IMG/VR virus record: IMGVR_UViG_3300007514_000005
Coordinates: 1-64,000 of that record
Length of the DNA stretch: 64,000 nucleotides
DNA from: a virus
Direction: 5' to 3' (one strand)
Shown in pieces: positions 37,180 to 46,948 of the stretch. A model generated the notes under the pieces. It did not search any database, had not been told where the DNA came from, and was given only the letters and a program-made list of their open reading frames with translations. A program made the position numbers and the translations under genes. How positions within the stretch are numbered: position 1 is the stretch's first letter; every line of letters begins with the position of its first letter.

Positions 37180-37908
37180 CTAATCCGTGTTTGCATACTT
37201 GTCTCTTAAGGAGAGTATTTTTTTAGCCTTAGACCGTCCTATACCTTTGACTTCCATGAGGTCTTTCTGCGTTCTTCTGCTGTGTAGAATTTGGGGAATA
37301 CTACCGAAGTGCTCTAGTAAGTCAAGAGCCATTGTATTTGTTATGCCCGTGATAGAAGATAATACCTTCACCTTTTCATCAGCGCTTTTTACTTGAGTCT
37401 TTTTTATGAAGTCAGGAATTCTATTGATGCCGGACTGCCCATCTAAGGTCATCTGTGTGTGATTCAGAACCAAGAAATCTATGAAGGCTTCCATCGTGGG
37501 CAATTCCATATACCGTATCTTAGGGAAGCGCTGATAGAAGGTGAGTTTGAATTGGTCTATGACTTTCTTCATTCTCGTAGTCTCGATAGCCATAGCCTGT
37601 CTGCTAGGGTAGCCCTTAACATAGGGCTTAAGTTTTGTTCCATACACGATAAGAAATGGTCGCTCAAAATTCTCTTGAAGGTCTCTCAATTGGTCTATGA
37701 TATTTCGATTTCTACCGAACCCCATGATGCTACGGTATAGGTCGTTAATTTCTTTAGCCTCTATACCCCATTCACCAATTACATAGTCTGCGCTCTTAAG
37801 GCGCATCACCTTACCTTGCCCTTTAGGGTCAAGCGACCAATCACCGACCCGCATTAGGAGTTTATTCACGACCTTCTCATTCTCTCGGTCATCAATAATT
37901 AACATCAA
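37180..37908 (-). CDS. ERCC4/XPF (Hef-type) structure-specific nuclease with HhH2
   Basis: IIDDRE, ADY, IEAK..DL..SI..R..DQL; C-terminal ITGI and VKGIGRSKA HhH motifs. Confidence 0.88.
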   Translation of the reverse strand: MMLIIDDRENEKVVNKLLMRVGDWSLDPKGQGKVMRLKSADYVIGEWGIEAKEINDLYRSIMGFGRNRNIIDQLRDLQENFERPFLIVYGTKLKPYVKGYPSRQAMAIETTRMKKVIDQFKLTFYQRFPKIRYMELPTMEAFIDFLVLNHTQMTLDGQSGINRIPDFIKKTQVKSADEKVKVLSSITGITNTMALDLLEHFGSIPQILHSRRTQKDLMEVKGIGRSKAKKILSLRDKYANTD

Positions 37909-37944
37909 TACTAACTACTACTGATTCTGTATTTAAGTCGTTGC

Positions 37945-38073
37945 TCAAAACAGGCACGCGCCATCCCCACAACAACCCGCAATTTTGTTCTTGCAATTGA
38001 GACATACAGAAGAACCATGTAATTCCATAAAGCCCCTATCACTTCTACAAATAGGACATATATTCTTAGTCAT
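37945..38073 (-). CDS. Cys-rich Zn-finger microprotein (42 aa, not in track)
   Basis: MTKNICPICRSDRGFMELHGSSVCLNCKNKIAGCCGDGACLF. Confidence 0.65.
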   Translation of the reverse strand: MTKNICPICRSDRGFMELHGSSVCLNCKNKIAGCCGDGACLF

Positions 38074-38085
38074 AGTCACTCGTAT

Positions 38086-39114
38086 TCACCCCCTTAGCGT
38101 TCCATCGTTTCTCCAACATGGCCCTGTGCATAGGTCTCTCGCCTGTAATTTTGCACACGAAGGCACATTCTCATAGTCCATGAGACTGTTAATGTGGAAT
38201 CTAGTAGTATGTGGGTTGTAATCACGCCACCCAAGCGTTGCTATGAAGTCGGCTATCTTGTCGCCTATCTCTTGCTTTTCTTTAACCGTAAGAGAAGAAG
38301 GTGGGGCAAACCATCTAAGGTTATCCGCCATGTGTTGCACGAGAGCAACCCTAACATGGTGTCTTGGGTTCTCGTGCCTCATAGCCTTGTCGAGACAGGG
38401 GGGAATAGGCACTTGGTCTAGTGTTCCTATGTCGCCCTCAAACGGTGTCTGTTCAAAGAAGGCGGGTTTTATGTCGGGGTTAGCCGCAATCCACTTTACA
38501 ATACTGAAAGTGGAAGGTCGTATATCACCCCTAAATGGGTCTAAGTGTAGAAGAGACTCCTGTGGTTTTGTTGGTATATCATAACCAAGTGGGTCTTCAA
38601 AGAATCTTATGCTGTCTATATTAACTGCCCACTTTTTGCGAGCCACATTGTAAGTGTCCGGCACTCTTGTTAATTTCTGAGGGTTGCCTACACCATCGAG
38701 AGTCTTAAGCCCCTTACCCATCTCGTTTTCGTATCTAATTATATGCTTAGCAATGGCGCTACCTTTCACGGGTTTATCGAACATCTCATGCACATGGAAT
38801 CCTCTACCCGTAGCGACAACCCTAACATCACCTGTAAGTCTGCTAAGCAATTCCGCCACATCTTTTTTAACCTGTATAATATCGTAATTTTCGGTGGTGT
38901 CGAAATCCCACCAAGCCCTGTCCATAACTACGGAATCAGGGTCAAACTTCCAAGACCGTGTGGGGTGTCTGCGCTCATAGGAATATAGTGAAGTGTAAAT
39001 AGAAGCCTTACCGTTAATTCTTGTAATATAATCATCAAATTCATTTCTGCTATCACAAGGGCGGCGGCGTAGCCCAATCTCTCTCGGAAAAGTCAGTAGC
39101 ATAGTATCACTCAA
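38086..39114 (-). CDS. Archaeo-eukaryotic primase, PriS catalytic domain fused to PriL-like Fe-S domain
   Basis: WWDFD, TGRGFH, D.....KLTRVP (AEP motifs I-III); PPCL...HHVRVAL...PSCAKL...LC..PC. Confidence 0.88.
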   Translation of the reverse strand: MSDTMLLTFPREIGLRRRPCDSRNEFDDYITRINGKASIYTSLYSYERRHPTRSWKFDPDSVVMDRAWWDFDTTENYDIIQVKKDVAELLSRLTGDVRVVATGRGFHVHEMFDKPVKGSAIAKHIIRYENEMGKGLKTLDGVGNPQKLTRVPDTYNVARKKWAVNIDSIRFFEDPLGYDIPTKPQESLLHLDPFRGDIRPSTFSIVKWIAANPDIKPAFFEQTPFEGDIGTLDQVPIPPCLDKAMRHENPRHHVRVALVQHMADNLRWFAPPSSLTVKEKQEIGDKIADFIATLGWRDYNPHTTRFHINSLMDYENVPSCAKLQARDLCTGPCWRNDGTLRG

Positions 39115-39295
39115 TTGCTACATCTTGTTGGTGTCCGCAAGCACAACCGCCTACCGTGACTATTTCCGGCTTGTGGCCCTCTTGTCCGGCCACCCTTACT
39201 ACATCTTCAAATCCTTCCCAATCGTCATCCTTACCGCAAGCGGCACATATAACGGTGAAAAATACACGGGAGTCTCCTGCTCTACTCATATCCAT
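39107..39295 (-). CDS. Zn-ribbon small protein
   Basis: CAAC...CACGH. Confidence 0.6.
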   Translation of the reverse strand: MDMSRAGDSRVFFTVICAACGKDDDWEGFEDVVRVAGQEGHKPEIVTVGGCACGHQQDVAIE

Positions 39296-40137
39296 TCCTC
39301 AATACTGCCTGTTAATTCCGCTTCACAATTTAGGTGAAAGTCACACCATACGGGGCAGAAGTATTCGTTCCACACCATGTGGTAATCTTGGAGTTTTAGA
39401 GAGTCAATAGTGTCGTATAAACCTGCCTCAAAAGCATTAAGAGAGCGAGACAAAACAGGCTCTAACAGCGCATAACCGCCGTCCTGTCCGAGCCACATAG
39501 TCTTGCCTCTCTTCTTGTATTCGTCAAGTAATTTATCCCCTTCCACTATTTCGTAGTCGGGAGTTAGGTATAGGAAGTGTGTTATTTCATCATACCCCAA
39601 TTGTTTCAATAGACGAGCGTAATAGACTAACTCTTTTCTCGTCCTACCTAATTTACCCATATTCATTTTACCTGTTTTCAATTCAACAAGAATAAGACCG
39701 CCTTGAGGGTGTCTTACTACACCGTCTATCATACCTACCCAAATTATCGGTGTTGTTCCGCTATCGGTAGTTAATTCTTCATACACTTGGTGCTTTACTT
39801 CTGCCTCTACAATGTCTAACTGCCCTAAATCGCTTGCGACAGAATGTAGTAGAGAAGAAAGGTTCTTACAACCCCTATCTTCTTCCATACCTTCGGCAAT
39901 TAAGTATCTCTCCATGTCTTCGGGTTCGCCAAGTATCCCGTGCTCCATAGCACTATGAATAATACTACCCCTTATTGCCGCCTCACTTGGGGGCGGTGAA
40001 GGAACATCTGCAACATAGCGCCAATAAAATTGACGCGGACACATCTTGTAAGTCATGTAAGACGACTTACTTACCCGTAGAATCTCTCCGTCCGGTTTAT
40101 AGGAAGAAGCGTCTATTTGTTCTTGAGTAGCGCGCAT
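39286..40137 (-). CDS. Cas4-like/AddB PD-(D/E)XK exonuclease
   Basis: CPRQF, G..IH, GMIDGV, VELKTG, LVYY, C-terminal CPVWCDFHLNC Fe-S ligands. Confidence 0.85.
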   Translation of the reverse strand: MRATQEQIDASSYKPDGEILRVSKSSYMTYKMCPRQFYWRYVADVPSPPPSEAAIRGSIIHSAMEHGILGEPEDMERYLIAEGMEEDRGCKNLSSLLHSVASDLGQLDIVEAEVKHQVYEELTTDSGTTPIIWVGMIDGVVRHPQGGLILVELKTGKMNMGKLGRTRKELVYYARLLKQLGYDEITHFLYLTPDYEIVEGDKLLDEYKKRGKTMWLGQDGGYALLEPVLSRSLNAFEAGLYDTIDSLKLQDYHMVWNEYFCPVWCDFHLNCEAELTGSIEEWI

Positions 40138-40140
40138 ACA

Positions 40141-40467
40141 TCATTCTTCCTCTTGTCCGTCATCCCACGCCGCAAAATCCTCTATGGTAGTCTGCTCTTC
40201 GTGCATATCGTGGCCGCACGCGGGGCAAACCAATGCCTTCGGTAGTGCCTTCAATTGAGGCTCAAACAAAACCTGCCCACACTTGGGGCAATTGCTTTCC
40301 TTTAGCCTTCCATCTTCCTGCAACATAGCATACATTATACCATTGACCCTAGCCATATCATTGGACATAGCATTTATCAATTGGTTAATTACATTCTGCA
40401 TCTCATTGACTTGCCTTCCTAATTCTTTCGTAGTAGGCTTACCACTTAGTTTTCTACTTCTCGTCAT
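40141..40467 (-). CDS. Coiled-coil + Zn-ribbon protein
   Basis: CPKCG...CPACG; own promoter motif. Confidence 0.7.
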   Translation of the reverse strand: MTRSRKLSGKPTTKELGRQVNEMQNVINQLINAMSNDMARVNGIMYAMLQEDGRLKESNCPKCGQVLFEPQLKALPKALVCPACGHDMHEEQTTIEDFAAWDDGQEEE

Positions 40468-40506
40468 TAAACCACCATATCTTCTATTCGCATATAAACC
40501 TGCGTA

Positions 40507-42726
40507 TCAAACCCACGCAAGGTGTCCTAATCCCTGCTGTGCATTCAAAAGCGGTTGAATAGACCACTTCATCAGGTCGTAGTAGGGTTGGACTTTCTTG
40601 ACTACGAATCTTTCACATAGAATATCGTATCCAACATTTACTATGCCGTCTATATCAGACGGCTCATCGAAAGCAATGTATTTTCCTTTATCATCAAGAG
40701 TCACCTTGAAGAATGAACCAATACTATACCCCTTACCTAAATTCTCATTGGCCCACGCCGCTCCCGCGCTTGGGCCGGACAGAACCTTGTAATCACTAAT
40801 CTTCTTCTCTAACTTTCCTTTCATACACAATTCCTCTACGGGTGTATTCTTGTTAATTATCCCATCAATTATGGGTATGAGCATATCATTGACTTCCTCT
40901 TCTTCTTTGTTGTCGAGTATCATACCTATGGTCTTACTCATTACCTCTTTCATTATGGGGGGCATCCTTGACTGCTTCATTTCTATACCCTTAATATATA
41001 GTGAGGGTGTTTGCGCTTCACCATCGGCCCATGTGACTCTACCTGCGTATCTATTCTTAGCCATGAGAACCATACTACTACACCACTTCTCAAATTCTAC
41101 TTCTATGGGTTTCATTTGAGCGTTAATAGAGGCCATCAATTGCATTCCCTCAAGCGGACTACCTATTTCACAAAACACGCTGTCTGTGTGGCCGTATAGC
41201 ACCTTACAGCCCGCTTCCTCAGCCAAGTCCTTGAGCCTACCTAATGTATCCCTTGAAGTGTAGGTAATTGCTGACGCAATCTTGGGGTGGTAAAGACCAT
41301 ATTTGGAATCGCCCGCTACCCCATACATAGAAGCAACGAGAGTCTTAGCGGCAAATTGCATGGTATCCCATTTCGCCTTTCTCTCACCATCACTTACAAT
41401 CATCTTCGTCTTGAATTCATTACGAAGGTTAGTCATCTTATCCATCTGTCTAACAAGAATACCCTTTTCGTCTTGTGAAAAACAAGTGCCGTTGCCGCAA
41501 TCCTTTCCTTCTTCGTCTAGTGTATCCCAAGAAATGTTGTATAGGTCTGCGTTGCTATGATACATTGCTTTAATGTCTAAAATACCCACATTATTGTAAA
41601 GCCCCGCCTCTACTTCCATCACATCTGCTCCCTCATACGGTTGGTAATCAAATTGAGGGTTAGTAGGTATGCGCACCTTGTTATCCTCATCCATTAACAC
41701 AAGGTTGCTGAACATCTTGGTAATGAATGGTGTTGAGCGAATGTCGCATTGCACAATGTGTTGTAGAGAAGTAAAGTAATCAAGCGCATTTACTTTAGCG
41801 TCTAACTTTGGTAGTAGTCGCACATCTTGGCGACAATAATGTATGTATAGAGGAAGGTCTGTTAGGTAGGTATCGTGTCCGTCCGGCAATTCTACCTTCT
41901 TTTCCTTTAGGACTTCCCAAGACACATCATCGAGTTTGTATGAAGGTAGTTTTCCGTTCTTCAATTCCCACAGTTTAGAGAAGGCTAACATCAAGTCTAT
42001 ACAATTCCTACCAACAATGGGTTGCTCCCAATCCTTGTAGGAGTAGTGTAGTCTGCGCATAGGACTCATCATTGTAGGTTGTATGCCTACCGCCCTGCAC
42101 CTTTCGACAATCACCTTAATGTCTGCCCCGACCACATACCATCCGGTAATTATGTCGGGGTCGTGCCTATCCATGTGGCGTAGAAAGTGTGTAAGCATCT
42201 CCCTCTCAGAAGGGAAGCCCATTGCAGGTATCTCGTATTCGTAATCTCCGAATTCGTAATACTGAGTGGTCTCTTCAAGAGCGGAATTAACAAACCAAAC
42301 ATACTCAGACTTAGTGAAAGAGTCATACACTACTATAACCCTTAACTTATTGGTTGTTGGACTCCACTCGCAATCTAAATACCAAGTCCTGTGCTCGTAT
42401 TGCTTGAAGGGCGTATGCCCATCCTTAATGCGGTCTGTGAGGACTCTATTAACGAAAGGAATGTTCGCTTCCCATGTCTGTATGTTAGGGTAATCCTTTT
42501 TGAAATCGTAAATCTGTTGCGGAACGGCGACTGCTATTTTTGTTAGAGACTCGCCATACACCCCTTCGTAGCCACGCTCTTTGGCTAAACATTGTATCCC
42601 TGCGGCATCAGAATCTTTGACGAAAAAGTAGGGTCTGTAATTATCTATCTTAGTCTCTATTCTTTCGCCGTCTGAATCTCGGTGTCTTACAATGACTTGT
42701 CTGCCTCTACTCTTCGTCACTATCAT
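40507..42726 (-). CDS. polB: Family B DNA polymerase
   Basis: ExoI YLDCEW, ExoII ITGWY...D, ExoIII YCRQD; Pol motifs DIKAMYHS, K..VASMYG, YGHTDS, KNRY, KGIE. Start likely MIVTKS (track gives 42750). Confidence 0.93.
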   Translation of the reverse strand: MIVTKSRGRQVIVRHRDSDGERIETKIDNYRPYFFVKDSDAAGIQCLAKERGYEGVYGESLTKIAVAVPQQIYDFKKDYPNIQTWEANIPFVNRVLTDRIKDGHTPFKQYEHRTWYLDCEWSPTTNKLRVIVVYDSFTKSEYVWFVNSALEETTQYYEFGDYEYEIPAMGFPSEREMLTHFLRHMDRHDPDIITGWYVVGADIKVIVERCRAVGIQPTMMSPMRRLHYSYKDWEQPIVGRNCIDLMLAFSKLWELKNGKLPSYKLDDVSWEVLKEKKVELPDGHDTYLTDLPLYIHYCRQDVRLLPKLDAKVNALDYFTSLQHIVQCDIRSTPFITKMFSNLVLMDEDNKVRIPTNPQFDYQPYEGADVMEVEAGLYNNVGILDIKAMYHSNADLYNISWDTLDEEGKDCGNGTCFSQDEKGILVRQMDKMTNLRNEFKTKMIVSDGERKAKWDTMQFAAKTLVASMYGVAGDSKYGLYHPKIASAITYTSRDTLGRLKDLAEEAGCKVLYGHTDSVFCEIGSPLEGMQLMASINAQMKPIEVEFEKWCSSMVLMAKNRYAGRVTWADGEAQTPSLYIKGIEMKQSRMPPIMKEVMSKTIGMILDNKEEEEVNDMLIPIIDGIINKNTPVEELCMKGKLEKKISDYKVLSGPSAGAAWANENLGKGYSIGSFFKVTLDDKGKYIAFDEPSDIDGIVNVGYDILCERFVVKKVQPYYDLMKWSIQPLLNAQQGLGHLAWV

Positions 42727-43039
42727 AGTCGCCGCACCACCTATACACATAAATTTTGCTTGTTGTTCCCATAAATGACGGACGCTTCTCTTGCCTTCTT
42801 ACCACCACGCTTTTCTTTGCGCTACCTAGATAATGGCTCAGTTTATCGGGCATTGGGCAATGCCTTGACTGTAATAGTGGTCTGTGTGGGTATTTGAGTA
42901 GCCTAGTCTCGTCTATAATTTCCTTAGCGCTCATCCACCTCTCGTCATTATCAATTAGGTGCTTCCTAACGGCGGGCCACCAAGAAGTGCTCCCGCGCAT
43001 TTTACCTATGCGTCTTGACCTTCTACCCATCAATACCAC
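42707..43039 (-). CDS. Winged-helix DNA-binding protein
   Basis: MSAKEII...PDKLSHYL...YVYRW; basic. Confidence 0.5.
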   Translation of the reverse strand: MVLMGRRSRRIGKMRGSTSWWPAVRKHLIDNDERWMSAKEIIDETRLLKYPHRPLLQSRHCPMPDKLSHYLGSAKKSVVVRRQEKRPSFMGTTSKIYVYRWCGDYDSDEE

Positions 43040-43325
43040 CTTTCTGACCTCTCGCTCTAGTAGGAATCTCGTGCTTAACTAGCCATTGGTTAATAGCGGC
43101 AGGGGTCACACCAAATTCGGTTGCTATGTCTTGCATAGTCCTACCCTTACCCAAGTATTCATCCTCTAACCACAGGGGGTCTCGGTAATGCTTAGGCTTG
43201 GTCTTATCTACAAGCGTTAAATTAACGCTGTATTGTGCGTTGGTGGCTGTTGCGCCACCTTCTACACCATGCTCTATCATCATTCTCAATGTTGTAATTA
43301 CATCTGCTATCAAATCTTCATTCAC
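43023..43325 (-). CDS. HTH DNA-binding protein
   Basis: WLEDEY...RTMQDIATEFGVTPAAINQWLVKHEI. Confidence 0.8.
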   Translation of the reverse strand: MNEDLIADVITTLRMMIEHGVEGGATATNAQYSVNLTLVDKTKPKHYRDPLWLEDEYLGKGRTMQDIATEFGVTPAAINQWLVKHEIPTRARGQKGGIDG

Positions 43326-43334
43326 TTATCTCAC

Positions 43335-44177
43335 CTATTGTATGCTTGCTTGGAAAACAAAATCCCCATCTCCAAAATCGAATAGAAGTTTCCATCCCTG
43401 TCCGTGTTTGGAAAAGTCTAGTAAATTCAAATTTATTTCACGGTTATAATGCGAGAGAAGGTGCTCTAACCCCCCCTCAAATGTGGCCTCAAAGAAATGT
43501 GTAGGTTGTGCATTGGAAATGTAATTACCCGCACTACTGTCTAACACGAGAGACTTGGTTTTGCCCTTGAGCATCTTCCCTGTCTCTACTGCTAAACCAC
43601 CATCAGTAGCCGTGAAAACATAACGGTTAATTTTCTGTCCGTTCATGGAATCACACCTAACCGCTTCGTAAAGTGTGACTGCATCTACTTTGAATACAAA
43701 CGCCGACTGTATCTTTTCATTCTCACCTTTGTAAGTCCAAATACCCGCACCATCACGAACCAAACGAGAAGCAATGTCCTCAGAAGCCTGACTCCATTCG
43801 CTAAGAGTCTTAGGGTTGTGAGGGTAGGCTAAAGCGTTAGCAGACGCACCAAGCGTAGTCTGTTTGTTAGACGACTTTATGCGTAATTTATCTCCGTCTT
43901 GAGTTAAGGACACAATGTTGGCGTGGTATTTTAACGCACCTAACATCGTATCAATGTCGGTAATATGGAAAGTGCCTTCATCGTTTTTGTTATCCGTGTA
44001 TGTGGAGAACCTACTAACAGAAGTAAGACCGTCTTTCACTAACGAAGTCACGGTAGCCTTACCGTCTGCACACTTAACAATGCAAGACAGCACTTGGTCT
44101 TGTGCTTTGCCGCCAACGGTCTGCGTTCTTTTGACCTTATTTAGTAAGAGGCAAAGGCTTTCATTGCTTATCTTCAT
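43335..44177 (-). CDS. Sliding clamp (PCNA-like)
   Basis: 280 aa, two-lobed beta-alpha pattern, within the PolB/RFC module; divergent. Confidence 0.55.
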   Translation of the reverse strand: MKISNESLCLLLNKVKRTQTVGGKAQDQVLSCIVKCADGKATVTSLVKDGLTSVSRFSTYTDNKNDEGTFHITDIDTMLGALKYHANIVSLTQDGDKLRIKSSNKQTTLGASANALAYPHNPKTLSEWSQASEDIASRLVRDGAGIWTYKGENEKIQSAFVFKVDAVTLYEAVRCDSMNGQKINRYVFTATDGGLAVETGKMLKGKTKSLVLDSSAGNYISNAQPTHFFEATFEGGLEHLLSHYNREINLNLLDFSKHGQGWKLLFDFGDGDFVFQASIQ

Positions 44178-45141
44178 CCTTACTCACCTTCTTCTCTTGA
44201 AGGAAAGGAAGGCCGAACCAATCAACCTTACCATTCTTTACAGACAGAACCGTGTGAGTAGAACCAACATATTCCATGTTGCTTCCTTTCATCTCTTCAA
44301 TAGTAGCCTTGACGCACCACTCCCCTTCATTGAGGCTTTTGTCTCCCTTGACTCCTGCGGCCATGTCTGCTTTCTTCATGTATCTACTTAGGAATATCTG
44401 CTGAGAGAATCGGCGCATAGTGCCTTTCTCCCAATCGGGTCTCTCCCCGACAGTCATTAGAACCTTCTTGCCTGTGCCGTCATCCATATACTGTTGAACG
44501 GCCTTCAAGTGGAAGGTGTTGAAAATCTTAGAGACAGGTAGAGCGTGTAGTCTGTCGAGAACATCTCGGTTCAGACGGTTGCGCTCTCGCCACTCCTTTT
44601 GGTTGAATGAATCATCTTCATTCTCAATAATACCCTTAGCAAGTAGAGACTGTCGCATAGCAAATTCACACCACTTAAGGAATGTTGAGCCACCATCGAA
44701 AACAATACCACCCCACGCATCAGGGTCAGCCTCAATATCTTCTGCTAACAAGTTAATGAACCACTTGGTCTTATTCACAAGAGCCATGTGGTCTATTGAA
44801 TTATCATCGTGGTAAATGGAATCATCGGACTCATCTAGTAGAGGAATAATACGAATGTTATCATTATCAGGATACACATACTCGACAGTAGAGCCTGCCG
44901 AATTATCAATATCCAAAATCGCTACCTTCTTTCCTTCCTTAATCTCCTTATCCAAGAGTGAAAGGGCAAGGCCTGTCTTACAAGCATTCTCATGCGCTAC
45001 AAGAGCCATCCTATACTTCTGTGGGGTCTGCTTTGACCCATCCAATAAATTACGGTAGTAATCTCTATCGTAGAGTGTAGTCGGTGCTTGCTCTACTGCT
45101 GTCTTCTTTACGCTAGTCGTCTGTCCTGCTCCCCAAGTCAT
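44161..45141 (-). CDS. RecA-fold/AAA_24 (Sak4-like) ATPase
   Basis: Atypical Walker A AHENACKT, ILDID, Walker B IVFDG, QKEWRER, TFHLK. Confidence 0.65.
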   Translation of the reverse strand: MTWGAGQTTSVKKTAVEQAPTTLYDRDYYRNLLDGSKQTPQKYRMALVAHENACKTGLALSLLDKEIKEGKKVAILDIDNSAGSTVEYVYPDNDNIRIIPLLDESDDSIYHDDNSIDHMALVNKTKWFINLLAEDIEADPDAWGGIVFDGGSTFLKWCEFAMRQSLLAKGIIENEDDSFNQKEWRERNRLNRDVLDRLHALPVSKIFNTFHLKAVQQYMDDGTGKKVLMTVGERPDWEKGTMRRFSQQIFLSRYMKKADMAAGVKGDKSLNEGEWCVKATIEEMKGSNMEYVGSTHTVLSVKNGKVDWFGLPFLQEKKVSKDEDKQ

Positions 45142-45171
45142 AATTCAATCACCACCTATCCGCATATAAAC

Positions 45172-46671
45172 CTAATCACGCGGCAACGCAACCATAGCAT
45201 CACTTAGTAATACTAGGGTCGCAATGGAGACTGCGCTTCGTATGGAATTAACTACCACATCAACGGGGTCTGTAATACCCTGCTCTATCATATTGACCCA
45301 CTCTCCTGTCGCCGCATTGAATCCTATATCCTTATCGTGGGAATAGGCATCGTAGCCCGCATTCTCACAAATTAGTCTCATGGGCATAGAAAAGGCCTTG
45401 CTAATCAAAAGGCTCTCACTACTTTGCCCGTAATAATTAGGGAGAACACCACCGCCCGCAATAATCCCATTGCGTTGGGCCGACCTTACGGCATTAACCG
45501 CGTCATCAATTCTCTCCTTCTTCTCCATCATTTCTACTTCGCTGTTAGCGCCTACCATAATGGAAGCGACACCATTCTCAAGACGGGCTATTCTTCTAGC
45601 GTATGTCTGCTTATCCCAATCGTTGTCTGCTTCCTTCATCTGTTGTTGCAAGTTTTGTGTATGAGACTCTACGGCATTGACCGAGTTTTCTATCACACAG
45701 GAGTCTTTCTTACACACTACTGTATCTAAGTGACCCAAAGGAAAATCCTCAAAATCTATGTTCTTGAGAGTCTTACCTACACTCTTGTCGAGTATTTCAC
45801 CACCCGTAATTGCTTGTATATCCTCAGCCCACGCCTTTTGTGTATCTCCCATACCTGCTAGTTTAACCATAGTAGCATTTATCTTACCTTGAACAACATT
45901 TATCAGTAGGTTAGGAAGGACTGCGGGGTTGTAATCTCCACAGAAAATAACCAAACCTTTGTTCAATTTAAGGCACTCTTCCATCACAGGAATTAGGCTT
46001 TCAAATGAATTTATTTTATCCGTTGTAATTAGGACACTCGCGTTGTTAATTGAGTCGGGGAAGTAGGGGCTTATTGCTCCTGTCTGTAAATCTAACCCGT
46101 CTGTTATCTCGTAGTAAGTCTCATAACTACTACCATTCTTCAAAGCAATAGCGCCCTCAGAACCAATCTTACTCATTACTTCTGCAATCAATCGTCCTAA
46201 TTCTGAGTCGTTGTTGGCCGCAATAGTAGCAACATCAACCAATTCCTCATCATTCTCACACGGTCTTGCGCTTTCTTTAATCTTTGTAATTATGTCTTCG
46301 GACTCTTCCTTCAATTCCTGTGTTATTTCAAGCGGGGAAATGCCGCGCTTGACTAACTCCATGCCTTCGTTGCATAGAGCCTGTGCAATCACAGTAGCAG
46401 TAGTCGTTCCATCACCGGACTTATTTTGAGCCTGTTCTGCAACCTGCTTAATTAGGTCAATACCCATCTGCACATACGGGTCGGGGTCATTAACAGCCCT
46501 TGCTATACTGACTCCATCATTAAGTATGAGCGGGTAGGAATCTTCCTGCTCTATAATCACAGTCCTTGCGTTAGCGCCTAGTGTGCCTTTGACTGCGTTA
46601 GCAACCTTATTCACACCTTGTAATAATTTAGCGCGTGCATCCTTACCTGTTAAAAGCGTTTCTTCCACCAT
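45172..46671 (-). CDS. groEL: Group I chaperonin GroEL
   Basis: ARAKLLQGVNKVANAVKGTLG, NDGVSIA, GDGTTTA, EKKERIDDAVNA, GIIAGGG, GITDP. Confidence 0.95.
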   Translation of the reverse strand: MVEETLLTGKDARAKLLQGVNKVANAVKGTLGANARTVIIEQEDSYPLILNDGVSIARAVNDPDPYVQMGIDLIKQVAEQAQNKSGDGTTTATVIAQALCNEGMELVKRGISPLEITQELKEESEDIITKIKESARPCENDEELVDVATIAANNDSELGRLIAEVMSKIGSEGAIALKNGSSYETYYEITDGLDLQTGAISPYFPDSINNASVLITTDKINSFESLIPVMEECLKLNKGLVIFCGDYNPAVLPNLLINVVQGKINATMVKLAGMGDTQKAWAEDIQAITGGEILDKSVGKTLKNIDFEDFPLGHLDTVVCKKDSCVIENSVNAVESHTQNLQQQMKEADNDWDKQTYARRIARLENGVASIMVGANSEVEMMEKKERIDDAVNAVRSAQRNGIIAGGGVLPNYYGQSSESLLISKAFSMPMRLICENAGYDAYSHDKDIGFNAATGEWVNMIEQGITDPVDVVVNSIRSAVSIATLVLLSDAMVALPRD

Positions 46672-46705
46672 GCTGATACTCTCCTTGCAAACATTCTACC
46701 TGCTT

Positions 46706-46948
46706 TCACACTACCGCCACCAAGTCATATTCTTTCACGGCTATAATTCCGTCTCCTAAGTCAGCGCCCCCATCATAGGAAGCATCAGGAGCAAGCCTAA
46801 CCTTGTCTCCTATCGAGAGACGAGTAGTAATCCTATCACCTATGGAAAGAACCTCATAGTCATTCGACTCACCGAGTATGAGACCGCTTGTGGTCTCGTC
46901 AGTTTCTTTAACCCTTGTAAGTAGAATGTGGTGGCCTAATGCTCGCAT
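46706..46948 (-). CDS. groES: Co-chaperonin GroES
   Basis: MRALGHHILL...TTSGLIL...EVLSIG...IGDKV...DLVAVV; adjacent to GroEL. Confidence 0.85.
   Translation of the reverse strand: MRALGHHILLTRVKETDETTSGLILGESNDYEVLSIGDRITTRLSIGDKVRLAPDASYDGGADLGDGIIAVKEYDLVAVV

Noticed and set aside
39286-40137. Cas4-like gene as evidence of CRISPR-Cas
   Set aside because: No cas1/cas2 or repeat-spacer array seen; solo Cas4-like nucleases are common in archaeal viruses.
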